Assembly (NCBI GenBank): GCA_965218425.1
Contig: OZ244621.1
Location: 288,001 to 352,000 of the forward strand
DNA: 64,000 nucleotides
Origin: an uncultured Candidatus Binatia bacterium
Lineage (GTDB): Bacteria; Desulfobacterota; Binatia; UBA9968; CAXXLF01
Direction: 5' to 3'
The position numbers and the translations under genes are program-made. Positions 18,823 through 27,834 of this stretch are shown piece after piece; position 1 is the stretch's first letter; each line of letters starts with the position of its first letter. The notes beneath the pieces are model-generated. The model was not told the DNA's origin and did not search any database. It worked only from the letters and a program-made list of their open reading frames with translations.

Positions 18823-19704
18823 CTACGAATTCATTGGACCCGGGTCCTCGTAATGGTTTTGACAGTACCAATCCGAAATCTCCCCTGCGGTAGCAAGCCA
18901 CACTCCCTCGTGGGAACGGATGTACTCCAGCGCCTTGTCGAGGTATTTGATGCGAAAGGCAAGGCCTGTGATATAGGGATGCAACGGTAAAGCCATCACC
19001 CTCCCACCCCCGGCGGCTTCCCTGTACAGGGTGTCAAACTGATCACAAACCATCTGCAGGTACTGCTCCGGCGTATGGTGTTGTCCCACGAAGACGGTTA
19101 TATCGTTGAGACCCTGTTGGTAAGGGATCGAAACCATTCGACCGCTTCTAACGCGCATGGGTATCGGTTGATCGTCCATACCCCAATCGCAGAGGTACTC
19201 GAACCCCTCGGCAGCGAGATGATCCGGAGTATTGAACGACTCTGCAAGTCCCGGTCCAAGCCATCCTTTGGGAGGTTTCCCCACGGCCGCGGCAATTTTT
19301 TCTCTCACCTGACGGATCACCTGCCGCTCCTCCTCGGGAGGATAACTGGTCAAGCGCTGGTTGTTGTTGAAACCGTGACCCAACCATTCCCAGTTCCTCT
19401 TCTTCCCTTCTTCAATGATCGCGGGGTGTCGATCACACACCTCGGCGTTGAGCAGGACGCTGGCCCTGATCCCGTATTTGTCGAATACTTCCATCAGTCG
19501 AAATATCCCAATACGAGACCCGTACTCCCGCACGGTGTAACCCTGGATATCGGGAAGGTGTGAACCACCAGCGCTGGTAAGAACTTTATCGATGTGAAAG
19601 CACTCGATGTTGGGACCCACCCAGAGAGCGATTCTCGCACCCTTTGGCCATTTCAATTCCTTACGCCGAACCACCGGAGAATAATCGTAACGACGGCTTT
19701 CCAT
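18823..19704 (-). CDS. Polysaccharide deacetylase/PuuE-like CE4 family hydrolase
   Basis: WPKGARIALW, EYGSRIG, GWLGPG, DDQP, LPLHPY. Confidence 0.88.
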   Translation of the reverse strand: MESRRYDYSPVVRRKELKWPKGARIALWVGPNIECFHIDKVLTSAGGSHLPDIQGYTVREYGSRIGIFRLMEVFDKYGIRASVLLNAEVCDRHPAIIEEGKKRNWEWLGHGFNNNQRLTSYPPEEERQVIRQVREKIAAAVGKPPKGWLGPGLAESFNTPDHLAAEGFEYLCDWGMDDQPIPMRVRSGRMVSIPYQQGLNDITVFVGQHHTPEQYLQMVCDQFDTLYREAAGGGRVMALPLHPYITGLAFRIKYLDKALEYIRSHEGVWLATAGEISDWYCQNHYEDPGPMNS

Positions 19705-19781
19705 ATTGTGAGCTCCTTTCTCTATGGGGAGACCTGCCTTGATCTGACGGCCCCTCAGTCAGACGCCGTGGGACGTGAAAT

Positions 19782-20405
19782 TTAGATATAGCCCCTTTCC
19801 CTTTGAATGGCCTGAACGGACGGACGCTCCTTCATCCGATCCATCCACCTTGCAAGCCGTGGCAAGGAAGGAGCCGGCACGGCACCGTAGCATTCAAGGG
19901 AAAGAAAGCGCGTAGTCAGGTCAATGTCGGCAAGGCTCAATTCCCCCAGAAAGTAATCTTTTCCCTCCAGCTCTTGATCCAGGTACCGAAGAAGTTCTCT
20001 CAGAACCTCACGGGATTTCTCCACGAGGGCAAGGTCGGGGTTTCCTCCCTCTTTCAACATCTCGTCACGCAGCGACCGAAAGGCAACATGAGTGAAATAC
20101 AAACCATAGTCCACCAGGTTGCGCATGCGGCCCCGTCCACGGGGATCCTTGGGCATGAGAGGAGGACGGGGATATTTCTCTTCCAGGTACTCGTTGATGA
20201 CGCAGGACTCAAAAAGCACAGTCCCGCCATCGTCTATAACTGGAACTTTCCCGTATGGGTTGAGCTTTAAGAACTCGGGCCTTTTTTGATCTTTCTTTCT
20301 TAAATCGAGTGGCACGATTTCGTAGGCAAGTCCCTTTTCCTGCAACGCGATTTTGACTCGCTCGCAGTTGGCGGACCGAAAAGAGGCATAGAGTTTAATG
20401 GCCAT
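19782..20405 (-). CDS. Glutathione S-transferase
   Basis: LNPYGKVPV, ES.VINEYL, SLADI. Confidence 0.92.
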   Translation of the reverse strand: MAIKLYASFRSANCERVKIALQEKGLAYEIVPLDLRKKDQKRPEFLKLNPYGKVPVIDDGGTVLFESCVINEYLEEKYPRPPLMPKDPRGRGRMRNLVDYGLYFTHVAFRSLRDEMLKEGGNPDLALVEKSREVLRELLRYLDQELEGKDYFLGELSLADIDLTTRFLSLECYGAVPAPSLPRLARWMDRMKERPSVQAIQRERGYI

Positions 20406-20467
20406 GACCTTCCTCCGCTGTTAACAGGCGCCCTCCTGATGCCATAGACGAACGTGGAACGGAAGGT

Positions 20468-20497
20468 AGTCTAGTCCCGGGGTATAAAAGTTGTCAA
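20468..20497 (-). promoter_or_regulatory. Sigma70-type promoter for the GST gene
   Basis: TTGACA-N18-TAGACT. Confidence 0.55.
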
Positions 20498-20519
20498 CTT
20501 AGCCTATGCGCTTTTGCAG

Positions 20520-20875
20520 GAGCCGCTATCCCTTCGCTTCAGTGGCCCCTCGGCGGGAAGCCTTAGCCGCTCGCTTCGGGCAGCCTCGAAACTCGCCGCG
20601 CTCAAACAGTCGATGTCGCTTTTCCTCAGCTTCGCAGAGGCTTCCAACGCCTCAGGACCAATCTTTCGCTCAGGCACGCCGGCTCCCGTTGCATCCGCGA
20701 TGGGCTGAGGGGGTTTGCCTAGCGAAAGATGGACGTAGCAGCGGGACTTGGCCTGAAGAAAGGGAAACGTCCGATACTGCAGGTTCAAGCCACATGGGCA
20801 TGCCAGATCAAATGACGGAGCCTCGAGGCAGAGACCCATCGGCTCCCGCTGAAGGGCGAGCCCCCGAGCCCCTAT
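20520..20875 (+). repeat. Dispersed structured non-coding repeat (MITE/REP-like or ncRNA), longest copy
   Basis: 20755-20826 matches 43647-43719 (inverted); 20817-20871 matches 41753-41807; 5' boundary approximate. Confidence 0.7.
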
Positions 20876-20901
20876 TGTTCCAAGCGCAAGAGGAAAAGCT
20901 T

Positions 20902-21531
20902 CTATTGAAAGCTCTGCCAGTTGAGGTAGGATTTTTCAGCGTAGAGTTTATCCACCTCCAAGGGGAATGATACGCCGCGACCTGTCAAATAATGGGCAAC
21001 GGGTTTCAGAGGTAAACCCACTGCCGTCAGGTAATCCCCATGGATGGATTCGATCAGCGCGCGGCCCTTTCCCTGAATGGAATACCCCCCCGCCTTATCG
21101 AGGGATTCGCCGCAGGACAGATAGTTCTTAATCTCTTTGTCCGAATAGCCGCGCATGACCACGGAGACTTCCTCTACAGTCTTCAGTCCGGGTCCGCCTA
21201 AACCATCGAGGATGGCGACACTGGTGAGGACCTGGTGAGTCTTCCCCGAAAGTGTGCGGAGGATCGCTTTAGCATCGACCATCCCGGCGGGTTTACCAAT
21301 TTTTTCCCCGTCAATGAGAATCATGGTATCGCTGCCGATAATGATACTGTTGGAACGGTTTCGAGCCACGGACTCCGCCTTTCCAAGGGCGAAGTCCAGC
21401 ACTTCCTCATGAAGTGGACGATGATCCAGGATCGATTCGTCAAATTCGGGGGAGATCACTTCAAATGGCAGTCCCAACAGGGAGAGGATCTCACGGCGAC
21501 GCGGAGAGGTGGAGGCAAGGATCAGTCTCAT
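20902..21531 (-). CDS. maf: Maf family nucleoside triphosphate pyrophosphatase
   Basis: LILASTSPRRREIL, IGSDT, GKP, DKAGGYSIQG. Confidence 0.93.
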   Translation of the reverse strand: MRLILASTSPRRREILSLLGLPFEVISPEFDESILDHRPLHEEVLDFALGKAESVARNRSNSIIIGSDTMILIDGEKIGKPAGMVDAKAILRTLSGKTHQVLTSVAILDGLGGPGLKTVEEVSVVMRGYSDKEIKNYLSCGESLDKAGGYSIQGKGRALIESIHGDYLTAVGLPLKPVAHYLTGRGVSFPLEVDKLYAEKSYLNWQSFQ

Positions 21532-21576
21532 AAATTCAATGTCCGACGGATGAAGGCCGGCCACCCTACGGTTTCC

Positions 21577-22719
21577 CTAACTGAGGGAGGCGTGATCTGA
21601 CGGCTCTAGCCTTGAAGACAAGTTTGACACGTAATTTCTTAGACAATCCACCACCTCACTCACGCTGTTGGTGCGGACCATTTGCCCTCGAAGTTCGGCG
21701 GCCCCCGGGATACCCTTGCAATACCATGCCAAATGTTTTCGCATGCCCACAAAAGTTGGGCTCCCAGAGTGATTCTGAAAATAGTGGCAATGTTCGAGGA
21801 TGACCCGGATACGATCCTCCAAAGTTACCTGTGGAGGTGAACATACCGGGCCTCCATCATGGCGCAAGGCCTCCTTCACCTCGTCCTTCGTTCTAAAAAT
21901 CCAGGGATTTCCCTGGGTGGCACGCCCAAGGAGGACCCCGTCCACTCGTGTTTCACCCACACGACGGTAGACATCATCCATGCATTTCAAGTCCCCATTG
22001 CCAAGGATGAGGGTCTCGGAATTCTCCGCGCATTCAACGGCTCGTGCCATGGCCTCCCAATCCGCGTTTCCCCGGTACATCTGCTTTAGGGTGCGGCCGT
22101 GGAGCGAAATGGCCGAAGGCTGTTCTTCCAGTAGGGTCCGAACCCAATCCTCCACGACGATTTTGTCATAGCCCAGGCGAGTCTTCACCGATAGCGGCAT
22201 GGGACGTCGATGGGGAAGTCTATCCGTTGCAGTCCTGAGCCGATTGGACGTCTCGACACGTTCAATCAACTCCGGGCTCGACTTGAGATTAGCCAACGTC
22301 TGTCCTTCGAACCAGTGTTGAATACCCAGACGCGCCGACTGGATGATGGATCGGGCCAGGGGTGGGTTCTGAATAAGCGCAGCCCCACCCCCTTTGCCCA
22401 CTACTTTTTTCGCCGGGCACCCCATATTAATATCCAAGCCATCGAACCCGAGCTCACATACCACATGGGCGACCTTGTAGAACAACTCGGGGGTATGACC
22501 GTAAATCTGGGCAACCACCGGACGCTCCATCTCGGAATAGGTCAGATCCCTGACAAGGTTGTGCGGTGCGTACAAAAAGGTCTCAATGTTCACAAACTCG
22601 GTAATCGTTATATCGGGTCCACCGTGCTTGGCCGTGATAAATCGAAACGAGGCATCGGATACGCCATCCATGGGTGAAAGACCGATAATGGGCTTCTCAA
22701 TGTTCTGCCAGAAATTCAT
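21577..22719 (-). CDS. tRNA-dihydrouridine synthase (Dus family)
   Basis: SPMDGV, DINMGCP, SVKTRLG, LHGRT, GNGD, RKHLAWY. Confidence 0.93.
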   Translation of the reverse strand: MNFWQNIEKPIIGLSPMDGVSDASFRFITAKHGGPDITITEFVNIETFLYAPHNLVRDLTYSEMERPVVAQIYGHTPELFYKVAHVVCELGFDGLDINMGCPAKKVVGKGGGAALIQNPPLARSIIQSARLGIQHWFEGQTLANLKSSPELIERVETSNRLRTATDRLPHRRPMPLSVKTRLGYDKIVVEDWVRTLLEEQPSAISLHGRTLKQMYRGNADWEAMARAVECAENSETLILGNGDLKCMDDVYRRVGETRVDGVLLGRATQGNPWIFRTKDEVKEALRHDGGPVCSPPQVTLEDRIRVILEHCHYFQNHSGSPTFVGMRKHLAWYCKGIPGAAELRGQMVRTNSVSEVVDCLRNYVSNLSSRLEPSDHASLS

Positions 22720-22860
22720 TGTTCGTGAAATTAGGATAACAAACCCCTAAACGGGGAACAACCACTGGATTGGAGGGCAGGAATAAAGTATAAATTATAA
22801 CAATGAGTTAGGCATTGATGGAATGAAATAGACGAAGAAAAATCTCGCGGAGATAGTGGA

Positions 22861-23457
22861 ATGTTAAGACGGCAAAATTCATGCTTCAAGGCAACTTTCA
22901 TGACGGCATTGGTGGTGACTACCGCCTTTACTGTGGGCCGGGCAGCCAGGGCCCAGGAAATGGCAGAAACCCCAAAGGTCATATTTTCAACGACTCAGGG
23001 AAGCTTCATGATTGAGTTCTACTCCGACAAGGCGCCCATCACGGTCAAAAACTTCCTCGCTTACGTGGACGCAGGTTATTTTGATGGTACAATTTTCCAC
23101 CGCGTAATCCCCGGGTTCATGATCCAGGGCGGGGGGTTCACAGAGGAGATGAAACGAAAAAAAACCAATCCTCCCATAAAAAACGAAGCCGATAACGGCC
23201 TCATGAACAAGCGCGGCACTCTCTCCATGGCCCGCACACGGAATGTGGACAGCGCCACCTCACAATTCTTCGTGAACCTGAAGCACAACGCGTTCTTGGA
23301 TCATGGAAGGCGGGACTCCGGTTACGCTGTGTTTGCCAGAGTGATTGCAGGGATGGAGGTGGTGGATAAAATCGCAGCGGTGACCACCGGGAACAAGGGG
23401 CTCTACCAGAACGTGCCCAAGACCCCTGTGGTCATCAAGTCAGCCCGGCGCAATTAG
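22861..23457 (+). CDS. ppiA: Cyclophilin-type peptidyl-prolyl isomerase with signal peptide
   Basis: [31 protein letters not shown]. Confidence 0.93.
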   Translation: MLRRQNSCFKATFMTALVVTTAFTVGRAARAQEMAETPKVIFSTTQGSFMIEFYSDKAPITVKNFLAYVDAGYFDGTIFHRVIPGFMIQGGGFTEEMKRKKTNPPIKNEADNGLMNKRGTLSMARTRNVDSATSQFFVNLKHNAFLDHGRRDSGYAVFARVIAGMEVVDKIAAVTTGNKGLYQNVPKTPVVIKSARRN

Positions 23458-23479
23458 GACTACGCCCGGTACTTATTTT

Positions 23480-23974
23480 TTAAGGTGCAACGCTTCCAGG
23501 TTTCTGAGGGGCTCCGTCCAATTCATCTTCGATGGACCAATACCAACTGAAAGGTAGGGGCACCGACTTCTTGTATTCCTCCTGCGGCACATTGCAGTAG
23601 ACCTCCAGCTCATTACCGTCAGGATCAAAAAAGTAGACGCTCATGGTGGCGCCGTGAAATACGGTCTGATGAATTTTTACGCCCTTTTCCTTGAATATTC
23701 TGTAGGCCTCCTGAAGGGCCGCGAAGGAGGACAATTCATAGGCCACATGCATCATGCCCATCTGTTTGTCGGGCTGGGGTAAGGGGGACTCTTCCTTGGC
23801 CTGAGCAATGGCAAGCATATGATGGTTGTCATCAAAGTTTGAACTAAAAAAGAGCATTCTCCCGTTGTCGCAGGTCAGTTTCAGACCCAGGATCTCGGTA
23901 AAAAAACGCTTGGAGCGTTCAAGATCCTTTACCCTCAATACCAGGTGACCGGTTCTTTTAATCTCAACAGGCAT
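23480..23974 (-). CDS. VOC/glyoxalase family protein
   Basis: GHLVLRV.D, HVAY, SVYFFDPDGNELE. Confidence 0.9.
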   Translation of the reverse strand: MPVEIKRTGHLVLRVKDLERSKRFFTEILGLKLTCDNGRMLFFSSNFDDNHHMLAIAQAKEESPLPQPDKQMGMMHVAYELSSFAALQEAYRIFKEKGVKIHQTVFHGATMSVYFFDPDGNELEVYCNVPQEEYKKSVPLPFSWYWSIEDELDGAPQKPGSVAP

Positions 23975-24028
23975 GGCTACCTCCTTTAATTAGAAAAACA
24001 TGGCGGACCTGTTACTTCGTGACCCGCG

Positions 24029-24058
24029 AGTTTAATCCGGCGGCACAATCGTTGTCAA
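24029..24058 (-). promoter_or_regulatory. Sigma70-type promoter for the VOC gene
   Basis: TTGACA-N18-TAAACT. Confidence 0.5.
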
Positions 24059-24090
24059 TTCACTGAATATGAGCACCAAATCTTTCCGGT

Positions 24091-24660
24091 TCAGCTGCCG
24101 GATCGAGGATAGTCCACAAGGACCTTTGGAATTTTTCTATTGAAGCGGAAGAGAAGTAGGACCACCGCATAGCCATGCTCAATCCCCGCAACCTTGCCCA
24201 CGCCCTTAGCATAGAAGGCGTAGCGAAAATCGTCGACCGTTACAGGGCCGGCAAATACCTTGAAATCGTTACGAAATAGCACTGTGTCGGAGACACCCGC
24301 TGGAGTGGTTGCTTTATAAGCTCCCACATAGGTATAGGTCTCTTCCATTCTCAGGGTTTTGTACTCGGTCTCTGGATCATTTATTTTGAAGACATGCACC
24401 ATGCTCTTCGTTTTTTTGCTCTCCCCTGGCTTGAGGGCCGCGCTCATGAGATGCCCTGTGGGGGTGCATTGAACCAGGTATCCATGCTCATGGTCGGTCT
24501 CGCTCGATAAATAGATCCTTTGATCTGTTACACTGAACAGGTCATCCTATTTGTCCCGACTTCGTTTCCAGATTGCTCCCTGCGCGTTTTTTGGTATTTG
24601 AGTTACGGCTTCGGTGATGAATTGGCCCTTTTGTTTCCCAGACGGGGTACAGTCATACTG
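24091..24660 (-). pseudogene. Remnant of a hypothetical beta-rich protein; in-frame TAG at 24547-24549, N-terminus missing
   Basis: ORF 24091-24447 (TTPAGVSDT, YAKGVGKV) stays open upstream apart from one TAG. Confidence 0.4.
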
Positions 24661-25510
24661 TAATCACTAAGATAGACCCCACCACCGTACAAACAGCCCC
24701 CGCCATCACCCGCAAGGTGATGGCTTCCAGGTCTCTGAGAAAAATAGTGGACAGAAAGATGGAGATGACGGGATTCACGCTGATCAGAGGCTCCACAATC
24801 ACTACCTTTCCCGAGCTCAAAGCATAGAAAACCGACAACATCGCAGCCGTGTTGGAAAGCCCTGACGCAAAAAACCATCCGAAGGACCGCCGTGACAGTA
24901 AGATTGCCTGGCGACCGCCCTGTGCCTTGATCACAGTAAGAACAAAGAGAAGCGCAGTGGTGGCAGTGACGGCGGCTGCCATGAGGGGGATATCTTCCGC
25001 CAGTAATCCAAGCTTTCTAAGATTGCTAGATATGGCAAAAGAAAAGGAAGCCATGATTGGATAAATAAGATCGATTTTCCGCCATTGGGATTGCCTGGAT
25101 CCTTTTTGGGACAGGATCACCACACCTAAAATGACCAGTGACGTGCCCATCACATTCTGGAGAGTCCATGTCTCCCCCATGATGAGCACCGCCAGAATAG
25201 AAGCAAACATGGGAGATGAGTTGGAGATGGGCACGGAACGGGCCAGGCCCACTTTTTCAATGCCTATAAAGTTGAACGTCCGGCCGAGGCCGGGCGCAAA
25301 TATCCCGCTCAAGACAAAGTACCAGATAGCGGACGTCCAGAAGCTAGATAGCGGGATAAAGAAAGGCACTAGGACCCACAGGGTGATGGCGGAAATGCTA
25401 ATGGAAAACAGGGAACCAGTCATGGCGTTTGACATCACCAGTCCGCGGCGGTTCATAACATGACTAAATGAAAAACAAGAAGCCGCCAGGATGGAAATGT
25501 AAACGGTCAT
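24653..25510 (-). CDS. EamA/DMT family transporter
   Basis: About 10 TM segments in two repeats; GIEKVGLARSVPI; ATGA overlap with the upstream paralog. Confidence 0.9.
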   Translation of the reverse strand: MTVYISILAASCFSFSHVMNRRGLVMSNAMTGSLFSISISAITLWVLVPFFIPLSSFWTSAIWYFVLSGIFAPGLGRTFNFIGIEKVGLARSVPISNSSPMFASILAVLIMGETWTLQNVMGTSLVILGVVILSQKGSRQSQWRKIDLIYPIMASFSFAISSNLRKLGLLAEDIPLMAAAVTATTALLFVLTVIKAQGGRQAILLSRRSFGWFFASGLSNTAAMLSVFYALSSGKVVIVEPLISVNPVISIFLSTIFLRDLEAITLRVMAGAVCTVVGSILVITV

Positions 25511-26365
25511 ACGGTAACCACCAGGATTGATCCTACCACGGTGCATCCTGCACCCAGAATAACACGGGGGGTTATGGACTCCAGGTCTTTCAAGAAAAGG
25601 GTGGTGAGAATAAGGCTAAGGACTGGACTGGCATTGACCAGTGGATCCACAACGACGATTTTGCCAAGCCCCAAAGCATAAAACACGGACAACATAGCTG
25701 TGGTGTGAGCGATCCCCGCCACTACAAACCAACCGAAGGAGCGCCGTGATAACTCAAATGTTTTCCAGCCCCCCCTGTGCCTGCTGAAAGATCAGGGTAA
25801 AGACAAAGGCCGTAGTTGCAGACACCGTGGCCGCCATGAGCGGGATGTTTGCTAGAACCAGGCCAAGCTTGCGCAGATTGGAAGATAGGGCAAAGGAGAC
25901 AGCCGCCAGGGCTGGATAGACAAGGTCTATCTTGCGCCATTGTGATGTTGCAGTCTGAGTGCGTGAAAGGATCACGACACCGAGAATGACAAGGGATGTA
26001 CCCAGTATATTTTGTAGCGGCCAAGTCTCTCCCACCACGAGGACGGCCAGGATGGAAGAAAACATTGGGGCAGTGTTGGTGATGGGTACGGCTCGTGCTA
26101 CGCCTACACGCTCGATGGCCTTGAAGGTCATGAACCGGCCCACAGCGGGGGCAAAGATGCCCCCTGCGATAAAGTACCAGACGGCAGGCGTACGAAAACT
26201 CAATAGCGGCACAAATATCGGGGTCACCAGCCACAACAGCACCGCAGAGATAATGATGGAGACCATGGTGCCGGTGGCGGCGTTGGATACCACCAAACCC
26301 CGGCGGATCACGATATGCGACAGGGCGAAGAGGAAGGCCCCCTGGATGGCAAAGTAAACGCTCAT
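25507..26365 (-). pseudogene. EamA/DMT transporter paralog split by a frameshift in a G7 tract (25769-25775)
   Basis: Removing one G gives QGGWKTFELSRRSFGWF, matching the paralog QGGRQAILLSRRSFGWF and joining the two ORFs. Confidence 0.85.
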
Positions 26366-26407
26366 CTACAGATAGCCGTCTAAGGGGTCGTGGCTCCCGT
26401 GGGCGTT

Positions 26408-27481
26408 TCAAGGGGAATAGCTTTTCTCCCCTCGCATGGTCATGAAAAGATCCGAAGAGACCTGTGTGCCGATGCCTCTGACCCTGGCCATTTCGTAAAT
26501 CTTCCTCGCAGCGGCGGCAAACTGGATTCCCACGCCGGTATTGTTCTTGAACAAGGTAATCTCCCGGTTGTCCTGGCGGCCACGGCATTGTTTTGTGAGA
26601 AGCTCGCCCAGTTCGTGAAGGTCTTCTTCACGTACCAGCCCACTTTCCAGCCGATGGGCAAACTCCGCCTGTCCATCGAGAAAAATCTGTTTTTTGCTAC
26701 CTACAATGATTAGCCCCGCACGGCGGATCACATCGTCGTCCAGCTCTCGACGGGGCAGGTAGCTGTCACCACCGACGATACTGGTGAGATGGCATCCCTC
26801 CTCGATCCATTGCCCTTTGACAACGGGCTCCACCGTGTTGGTGGCGGCTGTGGCCACGTCGCAGCCCCGAATAGCCTCTTCGGCGTTCGTCACCGGCACC
26901 ACTTCCACTCCGGCCCTTTCCGTCATTTCCTCCGCGAAGCGCTCCCGGTGAGCACGAGTTGGACTGAAGACCTTGACCTTGTCAATGGGCCTTACCGCAC
27001 AGGCGGCCAGCAGCTGGGTCCTCGCCTGTTCTCCGGATCCCAATAGACCCATGGTCTTTACATTCGCCCGGGCCAGGTGCCTCATGGCCACCCCGCTGGT
27101 GGCCCCAACGCGTAGCACGGAAGGTACATGATCATCCATGACGGCTAGTAGTTCACAACTCTCCATGTCAAAAAGAAAAACCGAACCAACGTAGTTTCCC
27201 GGATATACGATTCGCTCCGATCCCGCCACCTGTTCTCTCTGGGAGAAGCTCGAGTCGATCCTGAGGGCCATGGACTTGATGCCGGGAACCAAACCCATGA
27301 TGTTATTAAAATAGTATTGAACCCCTTGCGCCTTGCCTGGCGCTTGCACGCGAAGCCGTGCCCTGGGGGAATTCACCGCCTTTCCCTCGCCCAGCTCGTG
27401 AAAGGCCTGTTCCACTGCATCAATCAAATCGGGCATTGGAACAAGGTTCTCCATCTCCTTGTTCTTAAGGAAAAGAACCAT
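26408..27481 (-). CDS. Ornithine cyclodeaminase/mu-crystallin family protein
   Basis: LRVGATSG, GSGEQARTQ, ITLFKNNTGVGIQ. Confidence 0.9.
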   Translation of the reverse strand: MVLFLKNKEMENLVPMPDLIDAVEQAFHELGEGKAVNSPRARLRVQAPGKAQGVQYYFNNIMGLVPGIKSMALRIDSSFSQREQVAGSERIVYPGNYVGSVFLFDMESCELLAVMDDHVPSVLRVGATSGVAMRHLARANVKTMGLLGSGEQARTQLLAACAVRPIDKVKVFSPTRAHRERFAEEMTERAGVEVVPVTNAEEAIRGCDVATAATNTVEPVVKGQWIEEGCHLTSIVGGDSYLPRRELDDDVIRRAGLIIVGSKKQIFLDGQAEFAHRLESGLVREEDLHELGELLTKQCRGRQDNREITLFKNNTGVGIQFAAAARKIYEMARVRGIGTQVSSDLFMTMRGEKSYSP

Positions 27482-27499
27482 TGCATCGCCTCCTTCCAC

Positions 27500-27830
27500 T
27501 GGGCAAGAATTTTCCGCGCAAAAAATTATTTTAAGAATCTAACCGCAGATTTTCGCCGATTATCACAGACAAAAAACGGCAAAGAGCATAGCGTCCTGGT
27601 CTCTCTTTCGGCCATTTTTCGACCTTCAATCGTCTGTTCTCGAGGCTCATCCGACCCTACTCAGTCCTCAGCACTTGTTAATCAGTACTGAGTCAGATTT
27701 GTGTCTTTTCGCGAGCTATTTTTTTCGGAAATCTAGGGCTAACTGCTCTTGACGCTTTGCGCTTTGCGCTTTGCGCCATGCGCTTTGCTGCCTTTCAGTC
27801 TGCGTAAAGCTGCGGTTAATCGCTTTTGAC
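27500..27830. repeat. Intergenic short-period repeat cassette
   Basis: cgctttg x3, cgccatg, cgctttg at 27753-27787; taaccgcagat at 27540 and ctgcggttaat at 27810 in inverted orientation. Confidence 0.75.
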
Positions 27831-27834
27831 GCTT

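Noticed and set aside
20504..20970. ORFs on both strands across the repeat
   Set aside because: Similarity to the other copies is partial and nucleotide-level, with no protein motifs
24547..24549. Pyrrolysine or amber recoding
   Set aside because: TAG is a normal stop in many genes here and no pyl genes are present
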